A stretch of DNA of 35,641 bases from a virus: the UHGV virus genome UHGV-0194711; one strand, given 5' to 3'. The notes beneath the pieces were generated by a model that worked only from the letters and a program-made list of their open reading frames with translations, did no database searches and was not told where the DNA came from. Below are positions 1 to 7,080 of this stretch, in pieces. The translations under genes were made by a program, and so were the position numbers. How positions within the stretch are numbered: the stretch's first letter is position 1; each line of letters begins with the position of its first letter.

Positions 1-155
1 GATGCCTCCGGCAGGCTGGGCTGAGAGTCCGTTTGATAGTAGCAAGGCGCGATCGTTTTGTCCTGGGACAAATGAGAAATTGACTGTAAGGCAAGAGTTA
101 ACCGAAAAACGCCGTGGCGTCAGGCTGGCGGGAAAGGTATCAGAAAGCGAAAGTA

Positions 156-283
156 CAGAAACAAAAAAACCACCCGTAGGTGGTTTCACGACACTGCTTA
201 TTGCTTTGATTATTCTGTATTTCCCAATGGTACCCGGAGCGGGACTTGAACCCGCACAGCGCGAACGCCGAGGGATTTTAAAT
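156..283. repeat. Left attachment-site direct repeat (attL): copy of the tRNA-Leu 3' half plus the downstream terminator hairpin
   Basis: About 128 bp near-identical to 35491-35619 (a few mismatches and one indel around 210-220). Contains the hairpin ccacccgtaggtgg flanked by an A-run and 56 nt matching the tRNA 3' portion. Confidence 0.85.
228..283 (-). other. Displaced partial tRNA-Leu fragment (3' end through anticodon loop), not a complete tRNA
   Basis: Identical to the 3' 56 nt of the tRNA at the right end; sequence diverges at 284 (tggtggtgatt) so no D-arm or 5' acceptor strand is present. Confidence 0.8.
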
Positions 284-421
284 TGGTGGTGATTATTCTA
301 AATATCAAATAGATATGAAAAAAAACCGAACATACGCTAATAAACTAGCATCATGAAAACAATAAGTTACAGCAATGTTTTAGACTATCTTCTGACGCTT
401 ATCATACCTCAAATTCAATAT

Positions 422-661
422 TTATTCAGTCGCGCGGTACCACGATTGCCAGCGGTAGATATTCGTACGTAACTCCCGCACACACTCTGCTGACTGTGTA
501 TCCGCCAGCAGATCAGCGTCGCTATCTGCGCCAGCGTTACTTATCTTGCACGGTCGGTTCATCAAATCCGGGGATGGCGTTGGCCGCGTCGATTGCTCGT
601 TGGCGCAGCTGCACAGCAGCAGGATCAAACTGGCACACAGTACGATTCGGGTCATTGACAT
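422..661 (-). CDS. Rz1-like o-spanin (outer-membrane lipoprotein), overlapping the 3' end of Rz in another frame
   Basis: N-terminal signal-like segment with Cys (LILLLCSC), Pro-rich mature region (RPTPSPD), small size, overlapped position relative to Rz. Start could be M1 or M3. Confidence 0.55.
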   Translation of the reverse strand: MSMTRIVLCASLILLLCSCANEQSTRPTPSPDLMNRPCKISNAGADSDADLLADTQSAECVRELRTNIYRWQSWYRATE

Positions 662-896
662 ATTTCACCACATCACGATAAACGGTACGGTAAATCACTT
701 TGGCTTCGGCGTTCGCCGTCGCTGCTTTCTGCTCACCAGCGGCAACTGCCTTTTCCTGCTTCGGTAGCCTTTGTTTAGCCTGGCTGTTTACTTGCTCTGA
801 ATGTGCGTACCAGCCTTTCAGATACCCCGCCCAGTAAATCCCGGCGCATACCGCCAGCACGCCACCAACAATCACCAGTTTGGTTTTTCCGTTCAT
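537..896 (-). CDS. Rz-like i-spanin (inner-membrane spanin subunit)
   Basis: N-terminal transmembrane helix (KTKLVIVGGVLAVCAGIYWAGY) followed by charged coiled-coil-like region. Start ATG at 896 overlaps the endolysin stop (ATGA); the track ORF extends to 914. Confidence 0.65.
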   Translation of the reverse strand: MNGKTKLVIVGGVLAVCAGIYWAGYLKGWYAHSEQVNSQAKQRLPKQEKAVAAGEQKAATANAEAKVIYRTVYRDVVKYVNDPNRTVCQFDPAAVQLRQRAIDAANAIPGFDEPTVQDK

Positions 897-1429
897 TCGT
901 ACAGCCCCCAGCACGTCAAAGCGCTTTCCTGATCGCGGCGGTCAACCTGCCCGTAGCAGCCATTCTTCTGGCCTTTGGTCAGTCGGCAATCCCGGCCTCC
1001 GTCGAACACCCATCGCCGGATCTCCGCGCATGCACCTTTACGGTCGCCTGCGTTCAGCTTGCGATAGAACGTTGAGGGGAAGCACTTACCCGGCCCGATG
1101 TTGTACGGGCAGAATGAGGCTATGCCGACCTTCTGCGGCGGCGTCAAAGAAACGAGCACATTCTTTTCTACCCAGGCCAGCGCCTTATCACGCTCAATGG
1201 CGTTTACCTTCCTGCACTGTTCCTCAGTTGCTCTTTGGCCCTTAATGACACGCTTGCCATCTATAACGGTTACTCCGTGGCACAATGACCACACACCGCC
1301 GGGGTCAACAACGGCCACCAGCGCGTTACCTTCTTTTTCGCTGATAAACTGATCGAACAGTACCGGTGCAGATGCACCGGCGGCCAGAAGCGCCAGCATA
1401 GCGGCGCTGAACTTAGCTTTGTTGCTCAT
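893..1429 (-). CDS. SAR endolysin (T4-lysozyme-like muramidase with N-terminal signal-arrest-release domain), phage 21 R-like
   Basis: Start taken at internal MSNKAKF. Hydrophobic Gly/Ala-rich N-terminus ([18 protein letters not shown]), then E-x10-D-x5-S catalytic spacing and CHG and GACAEIRRW motifs resembling phage 21 / P1 SAR lysozymes. Confidence 0.8.
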   Translation of the reverse strand: MSNKAKFSAAMLALLAAGASAPVLFDQFISEKEGNALVAVVDPGGVWSLCHGVTVIDGKRVIKGQRATEEQCRKVNAIERDKALAWVEKNVLVSLTPPQKVGIASFCPYNIGPGKCFPSTFYRKLNAGDRKGACAEIRRWVFDGGRDCRLTKGQKNGCYGQVDRRDQESALTCWGLYE

Positions 1430-1643
1430 AGTCCTGTGCCTTCCGCCGGTCGTCTTTGATTTTGAAATACAAATTAGTGAGGTAGGTAAGCAGCCCAAAA
1501 ACAATACTGGCTAGTACGCCAATAGCCGCCCACTGGCTGGGGCTTACCTTATCGAGAAGTTGCAGCAGCCAGTAGCTCCCGCTGACAGTGGATGTGATGT
1601 ACGACGTGCCAGCCGCCACATCCGGTAAATTCTTCATTCGCAT
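1413..1643 (-). CDS. Class II holin / pinholin (phage 21 S-like) with dual-start motif
   Basis: Protein MRMKNLP...[48 protein letters not shown] closely resembles S21 from memory. M1-R-M3-K dual start, two TM segments, overlaps endolysin start. Confidence 0.8.
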   Translation of the reverse strand: MRMKNLPDVAAGTSYITSTVSGSYWLLQLLDKVSPSQWAAIGVLASIVFGLLTYLTNLYFKIKDDRRKAQDYEQQS

Positions 1644-1699
1644 GCCTTACCCCCATGGGGATCACTATGTGGAATGATGCGAGGGTAAGGCGAAGCTAA

Positions 1700-1714
1700 G
1701 GTCGGAATCCTGAC
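1700..1714. promoter_or_regulatory. Copy A of recurring inverted-repeat motif GGTCGGAATCCTGAC, ~57 bp upstream of holin start
   Basis: One of four copies (1700, 4603, 6536, 17304) of a 15-16 bp conserved element, each immediately upstream of a late gene. Confidence 0.5.
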
Positions 1715-1725
1715 TAAATGAAATT

Positions 1726-1996
1726 CTATATTACGAGTTTGCTTTTAAGTGATTCCTCTGCCTCTTCAAGAGGGCTTCCAGACCCAGAGTAGACAAAAGA
1801 ATGGGTAAGCTCCCCACTGGAAAGACAACCATCAATGCTAACTTTAAATGAAACAGTCGCTGTTCCATTATTTAGCGATATTAACGATACAGCCTGGTAT
1901 TCAACCTCAATCGAAGTATCTTCTGGTGGCATCCATACACCTAGCGTTGGGTATGCTATAGATTTCCCTATAGTCTGCGTCACTCTGAAAGTCATA
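1726..1996 (-). CDS. Hypothetical protein (low-GC moron immediately downstream of tailspike)
   Basis: ORF with GAGG RBS 7 nt before ATG at 1996 (MTFRVTQTIGK...); AT-rich relative to surrounding genes; no recognisable motif. Confidence 0.5.
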
Positions 1997-2002
1997 TTTG
2001 CC

Positions 2003-4522
2003 TCATGAATTAAAAGGAACAACATAATCAAAAGTACACTGGAGAGTGAAATCAAAAGTACCAGCTGCTTGAGAATATATTTCTTGGGCTGACGATTTAA
2101 TAATCGTCATTTGATTTGTCCCAGCAGGAACAAGCGGCATAACTAAAACCCCTGTAGCCGTACTAAGAATTATGCTTCCTTTAGACCCACCCTCCTGTAT
2201 AGAAGCGGCTGTAAAAGGAAGACCACTAATTACTATGGCGCCCGCAGTGCTAACCAGTAAAGAGGTTGATCTGACCCTTATATCGCAACGAACAACATCA
2301 CCAAACCGACGGTAAATTCCAATAATGGATGATGGTATTACGCTTGCGCCGCCAATTGTAATAGTTGGTGCGAATGTGCCATAAAGATACTTAAACTGAG
2401 CAGCATTACCACCGGGAAAAGCTATTGGCGGCATATAGGCATCATTTCGATTAAAAACATACTTATCGGATAAATTTGTTCCGTTTAACTCCTGAAGACC
2501 GAAAAGACGATAGTTTGAATTATCTCCAAGCTTTCTTTGAGCAACTATATTCTCACCGGCACCGATTCTTGTGCCGTTAAATTCATTAACTGGGGCAGCC
2601 TGAACCGCGCCACCTTTTACAATATCAAGGGCGAAAATATTTCCTCTTGTTGCCATCGCTGGAAATGTTGAAAGAGATGGTTCGTAGGGATCAACATTAT
2701 TAACATTAAATCTATTTCCAGCAACATCACCAAGGCCATACTTGATGATTCCTACCCTTTCCAGTATAAGAGTCCTTATTTTACTGTTACCAACATATGA
2801 TTTAAATCCGTCAACGAATTGAGCAGAGTGGTAGAATGGCGTTCTTGGAGACCACAGCACTTTAGCCTCACCAATATTGCAATGCAATATCTCCCTTCCC
2901 GGAAGTGAAATAATAGTTCTTGCGCGCCCAGCTATACCTCTATAGGTATCAACTGGGTAAACCCCATTCTGCTGATTATTTGACAACCGACCACCGCTGG
3001 CCGTAGGCAAGCAGTTTGCAGACTTGAAAACATACGTATCAAACCAAGTGTCAAGAGCGGCATATGCTGGATGTGTCCAGTCCATGCCGGTATCACCATA
3101 ATAATGAAACTTGTCTACATGGTACGAATCATTCCATCCCGCCCGATGAATATCTGATGCCGGGTACGGCGGAAGGTACTGAGACGCGTATGCATGATTT
3201 CTCGTTAGCCAGCGCCCGCCAAAAACAGGGCCTGTAATATTATACCAATATAATGTCAGCCCAGTTTGCGCCAGAGAATCAGATCCTTGATAACAAGCAG
3301 GAATGGCACACCCTGAGTACATCATATTATTTTCTACACAGCGGTTTACAGTCCCGTCTACCCATTGCCCAATAAAGAATCCGCTAATCCTGAAATCAGA
3401 AAGGTGATACTTTATGTATTGATCTGGTCCGCTGTCACCTGCGATGTATAGACCCATGGAAGATGTATGATCCCATGGTCCCGCAGTTTTTGAAAAATTA
3501 CCAATAATCCCACAATTGTGTTGGTTTTCACCAACAATCATTGAATCATCATAAACACGCAGTGCTGCTTTTGCCTTAACTGGTATTTCAGGAGCAATAT
3601 TTGAATCACCGTTCCCTATCCACCCTGGGTATACAGTCCCATCGTCGAATGGCAAATTAAACTCTATCGGTGAAGATATGCACGGATACATTTTAGTTAA
3701 ATATACCGGAAGGTTATTAGCTTTTCCGTAATCTATAGCTGCCTGTAGAAATTTAGTTGCATCAGCAGTGATGCCGTGAATATATCTTTCACCATTAATC
3801 CTTATCATTTCAGGGGTTACGTATTTTATTGCATCTTCAACGGTGCCTCCAGTAAGAACCCCTATATGCCCGCTACCTGTCGGTTTGGCATACTCAATCA
3901 TTACATCTGCTGCACTTCCACTCGAAGGCAATACCATCAATGGATTGCCATTATTATCCATTGCAACGATTTTATTTTTTCGTTCTGCAATGGAAGGTAA
4001 CGGTGTGATGCTAGACTCCGGAACGCGTAGAGTACGAGCTAGATTAATTTTTCCATTTTCAATTACAAATTTTTTAGTAGCTGCATCCTGATCGTTAACT
4101 GGATCGGCCAGATTTGCTATCCGGTAGCCGTTAGCGTTGAAAGGTCCACCGCCGAACAGCGGGCGACTTAGGGCCACTCCGAGATAAATAAACGCGCGCT
4201 GAATAGCCATCCAGAGACGGTCAAAATCTTTGTTAACTGTATCGGCCAGCAGGTCGCCGTTGTCCTGGTAATCAGTGAGCCTGTAAGTCGGCGTTACACG
4301 TTCAAAAATGACTGTAGCGCCATTGGCCGGCGCGGTCAGAAAAGTAACTTCGCCACCGCCAGTATTACCCACACCAGACACTGTATAGCCGGACGTTACT
4401 TCGTTGCCGTTGATTGTGACCTGAATATCGCTGGCGCTGATCAGGTAAAACTCATAGGCAAAGACAGTCGTCAGCCCGTTGGCGGTATAGATGTTATAGG
4501 GTGTCTGGTTCGGTACCGACAT
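2003..4522 (-). CDS. Tailspike / tail fibre protein with T7 gp17-like N-terminal adaptor and divergent low-GC receptor-binding (likely depolymerase) body
   Basis: 839 aa. N-terminal ~150 aa carry the GYRIANLADPVNDQDAATKKFV motif, similar to T7 gp17 (GRRIVNLANAVDDRDAVPFGQL). The remainder is Gly/Asn/Tyr-rich with GC dropping markedly after ~nt 4100. Confidence 0.8.
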   Translation of the reverse strand: MSVPNQTPYNIYTANGLTTVFAYEFYLISASDIQVTINGNEVTSGYTVSGVGNTGGGEVTFLTAPANGATVIFERVTPTYRLTDYQDNGDLLADTVNKDFDRLWMAIQRAFIYLGVALSRPLFGGGPFNANGYRIANLADPVNDQDAATKKFVIENGKINLARTLRVPESSITPLPSIAERKNKIVAMDNNGNPLMVLPSSGSAADVMIEYAKPTGSGHIGVLTGGTVEDAIKYVTPEMIRINGERYIHGITADATKFLQAAIDYGKANNLPVYLTKMYPCISSPIEFNLPFDDGTVYPGWIGNGDSNIAPEIPVKAKAALRVYDDSMIVGENQHNCGIIGNFSKTAGPWDHTSSMGLYIAGDSGPDQYIKYHLSDFRISGFFIGQWVDGTVNRCVENNMMYSGCAIPACYQGSDSLAQTGLTLYWYNITGPVFGGRWLTRNHAYASQYLPPYPASDIHRAGWNDSYHVDKFHYYGDTGMDWTHPAYAALDTWFDTYVFKSANCLPTASGGRLSNNQQNGVYPVDTYRGIAGRARTIISLPGREILHCNIGEAKVLWSPRTPFYHSAQFVDGFKSYVGNSKIRTLILERVGIIKYGLGDVAGNRFNVNNVDPYEPSLSTFPAMATRGNIFALDIVKGGAVQAAPVNEFNGTRIGAGENIVAQRKLGDNSNYRLFGLQELNGTNLSDKYVFNRNDAYMPPIAFPGGNAAQFKYLYGTFAPTITIGGASVIPSSIIGIYRRFGDVVRCDIRVRSTSLLVSTAGAIVISGLPFTAASIQEGGSKGSIILSTATGVLVMPLVPAGTNQMTIIKSSAQEIYSQAAGTFDFTLQCTFDYVVPFNS

Positions 4523-4539
4523 ACGAGGAACTCCGGCGG

Positions 4540-6150
4540 CTAGTAATCTACGGCGACCATGTGATCGCCATCATTTGGTTGCCAATGTTCCCGCGCCTGT
4601 GCGGTCGGAATCCCGACCAATTTACCAATGCGCACTGGTGTTGAGCTGATTGCGCCAGAGCCAGAGTCGATAAAGTCATCTGGCTGATTAGTCAGCGCCG
4701 GGTTAAAGTCGCGCATCTGGTCATACATTGGGCCGTCGAGCACGTCGGTATGCGCCCAGAGGAAGCGCGACGACAGCGGCGCTTCGAATGCATCGAGGAT
4801 GCGCTTTTGTTTATTGGTCACGCTGAATTCTTCCCGTACGCCGCAGCCGGTACCCTTTAGTGCCTGAATCAGCAATTTCCCGGCAAAGCTGCCCGGGCCG
4901 TTCACCTCGACGCAGACCAGCGGGATCTGGTATTTAAGCACCAGCTCTTTAATCTGCATCACCTGACCGCCGGTGATTTTGTCGTTGTCGTCGAATTCCG
5001 CCAGTTCGCCCGTAAGCCCCTGGCAAACATGCCAGTACAGATGCCCGCGTGCGTCGGTGAAAATCAGAGAGAACGCCGAGGCGTCGGCCTTAACTTTGCC
5101 GGTGGCCACATCCCACCAGGCAACAGCACCAACAATTTGCGTCTGGCCAAGCCACATCGAGCAGGAGCGGTTCGCGTACCGGATTTCAGGCTGTACGTTG
5201 TATTCGCGTATGCGGTCGGGATCGAGACGAACCTCGCCAACCGGTTTACTGTGCAGCTGGTACTGGCTGTCCCATTCGTTAATTGTGCGAGTCTCGCGAC
5301 GGCGCTTTGTCATTTCCTCCGGAGTGAACCTTTCTGGCCATTCACAATCGGCGTAACAGTCAACCGTGGTGCCGGGAGCCTCGGCAAACTCGATACCGTC
5401 ATCGTTAAGACGATAATCAACACCTTCAACGAGCAGTCGCGCGCCAATGTGAATACCGACGAAAACATATTCCGGCCGGAACGGTAACGAGTAACGGCTC
5501 GCAGTGGCCTGTTTTTCCTCGATTCTAAATTCTTTACCGAATAGTTTGATGGTCAGACAGTCGGCGCCCATAGATTCAACCTCATCGTAAAGGCTATCGT
5601 GGGTATGCGGCGTGCCGATAAACAGCTTTCGCCCGCCGGGGACAAGAATGTGTGTCTGTTCACCGAGACGATAACGCAGCTTTTCCCGCGCCTCTGGCGT
5701 CTGGATATTGCGGGGTACTTCTACGTCATCGTTCTGGCATTCATCAGCGCGGGCCGAGGTAACGTTAGAGAGGATCCCCTTTGCGTACATGCTGCCGTTA
5801 CGCATATCCAGAGAGCCGTTAACCCACCACTGTTCAACGGTTCCCTGTCCGTCCGGTAGCATGCCTTTGGTCAGTGGGTGATTGCGTAAAACGTTCTGCG
5901 TATCGCGGCTGGTTTTGTACGCGGTGCCGTCAGCTTCAGACTGGTGAAGAATGCGGTACTGGCGGTTCTGGTAATATCGCCATGCGTTATACACCGCCAG
6001 AATGGTAGATTTACCAAAGCCACGAAAACAGCGAAGCACCGCGAGATCCCCGCGGTGTTCCAACCAGTGGCAGGCTCGATAATGGCAGTCGGGAACCTCC
6101 CACCCCATCCGCTCCGCCCATATGATGAAAAAGGCGACGAATGAAATCAT
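4540..6150 (-). CDS. Terminase large subunit (T7 gp19-like DNA maturase B)
   Basis: 536 aa. LRCFRGFGKSTILAV Walker-A region aligns with T7 gp19 LQAFRGIGKSFITCAF from memory. Size and position next to terS are consistent. Confidence 0.85.
   Translation of the reverse strand: MISFVAFFIIWAERMGWEVPDCHYRACHWLEHRGDLAVLRCFRGFGKSTILAVYNAWRYYQNRQYRILHQSEADGTAYKTSRDTQNVLRNHPLTKGMLPDGQGTVEQWWVNGSLDMRNGSMYAKGILSNVTSARADECQNDDVEVPRNIQTPEAREKLRYRLGEQTHILVPGGRKLFIGTPHTHDSLYDEVESMGADCLTIKLFGKEFRIEEKQATASRYSLPFRPEYVFVGIHIGARLLVEGVDYRLNDDGIEFAEAPGTTVDCYADCEWPERFTPEEMTKRRRETRTINEWDSQYQLHSKPVGEVRLDPDRIREYNVQPEIRYANRSCSMWLGQTQIVGAVAWWDVATGKVKADASAFSLIFTDARGHLYWHVCQGLTGELAEFDDNDKITGGQVMQIKELVLKYQIPLVCVEVNGPGSFAGKLLIQALKGTGCGVREEFSVTNKQKRILDAFEAPLSSRFLWAHTDVLDGPMYDQMRDFNPALTNQPDDFIDSGSGAISSTPVRIGKLVGIPTAQAREHWQPNDGDHMVAVDY
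4603..4618. promoter_or_regulatory. Copy B of recurring inverted-repeat motif GGTCGGAATCCCGACC, inside the 3' end of terL, ~80 bp upstream of tailspike start
   Basis: Perfect 6 bp stem / 4 nt loop palindrome; same core as copies A, C and D. Confidence 0.5.
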
Positions 6151-6488
6151 TTTTTCCGCTGTTGTATGCGTTCGATAACTTCCTGTGCTGCCCGTTCAGC
6201 CGCAGATACCTGTTGCCCCAGGCGGAATGCTTCATCGTCCGGATCCTCGCCGGGTTTAGGCGTCCCCCCGCGCGTATGCATGCCAATCAGCGAATGGACT
6301 TTTACCAGCAGCGTCAGCGATGCGGCCGCGTTCTTCTTATGCCAGTACCGATCACCGCGTTCCTGTTTAGTGTGCTTTGTGATTTCCTTCCCTGCCCCCG
6401 GCCAGTTATCCGGATCGGCTTCTTCCAGAACTACGTCGGTGAGCTTATCGCTAAGAGCAGTAAGGCGAGTTTTGTAATCTGAATGCAT
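6147..6488 (-). CDS. Candidate terminase small subunit (DNA maturase A)
   Basis: 113 aa charged protein immediately upstream of terL with ATGA stop/start overlap (translational coupling). Positional inference only. Confidence 0.45.
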   Translation of the reverse strand: MHSDYKTRLTALSDKLTDVVLEEADPDNWPGAGKEITKHTKQERGDRYWHKKNAAASLTLLVKVHSLIGMHTRGGTPKPGEDPDDEAFRLGQQVSAAERAAQEVIERIQQRKK

Positions 6489-6535
6489 AAAAAAGCCCCG
6501 TGTTTATCCATAGGGCTATGATGTGTCGGCTTAGA

Positions 6536-6550
6536 GGTCGGAATCCTGAC
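6536..6550. promoter_or_regulatory. Copy C of recurring inverted-repeat motif GGTCGGAATCCTGAC, ~48 bp upstream of candidate terS start
   Basis: Same 15 bp core as copy A, with matching flanks (tagtcaggattccgacct on the transcribed strand). Confidence 0.5.
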
Positions 6551-6641
6551 TATTTCTAATCTAATTATAAAATTGATCGCTGTATGGTTTTTTGTTAAAT
6601 GTTTCTTATACCTAACACTCAGCTAAAGGCGTTTATTTTTC

Positions 6642-7076
6642 ATGAAAAAAATTGGTCTAATTTCGATATTAGTAATGATCTCACATCCGGCATTCGCAGC
6701 AGATAAGTGTAAACCAAACTTAACTGAGTTTGATGTATGCGAACAGGCTCAGAAAATCGTCACTCAGGTACGCCCCAGACTGCCCTTAACGTTATCAGAA
6801 AACGTAATAATGAAAGATGTTTCTGCTGATGGAAACAAAATAATCGCGCAGGTAAGGCTAGGCGTAACCGAAGAAGAAATGCTGGCTACCGCTTCAGAGA
6901 CCCATACTTCAATCGACGTTGCTAAATCTCGAATGGATGAAATAACAAAAAATGGGTTATGCACGAATAAAAATCCACTGGGTTCATTCATTAGATTAGG
7001 TGGGGAGATGCAATATGTTTACACCTACCCCTCCGGAACATTCTTCAATGCAGTTACTGTTAGTTCGTGTAACTAG
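6642..7076 (+). CDS. Secreted/periplasmic hypothetical protein (signal peptide, four Cys), opposite-strand low-GC moron inside the virion module
   Basis: MKKIGLISILVMISHPAFA signal peptide with AFA-A cleavage-like site; ~40% GC; opposite strand to all flanking structural genes; promoter-like TTGATC-N16-TTAAAT upstream. Confidence 0.65.
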   Translation: MKKIGLISILVMISHPAFAADKCKPNLTEFDVCEQAQKIVTQVRPRLPLTLSENVIMKDVSADGNKIIAQVRLGVTEEEMLATASETHTSIDVAKSRMDEITKNGLCTNKNPLGSFIRLGGEMQYVYTYPSGTFFNAVTVSSCN

Positions 7077-7080
7077 GCTA

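Noticed and set aside
228-283. Second complete tRNA-Leu at the left end
   Set aside because: Only the 3' 56 nt are present; sequence upstream of the anticodon stem diverges, so this is the displaced att fragment rather than a functional tRNA.
2-292. 96-aa + strand ORF at the left edge
   Set aside because: Runs across the host terminator hairpin and the tRNA-derived att repeat; coding is implausible through a tRNA fragment and terminator.
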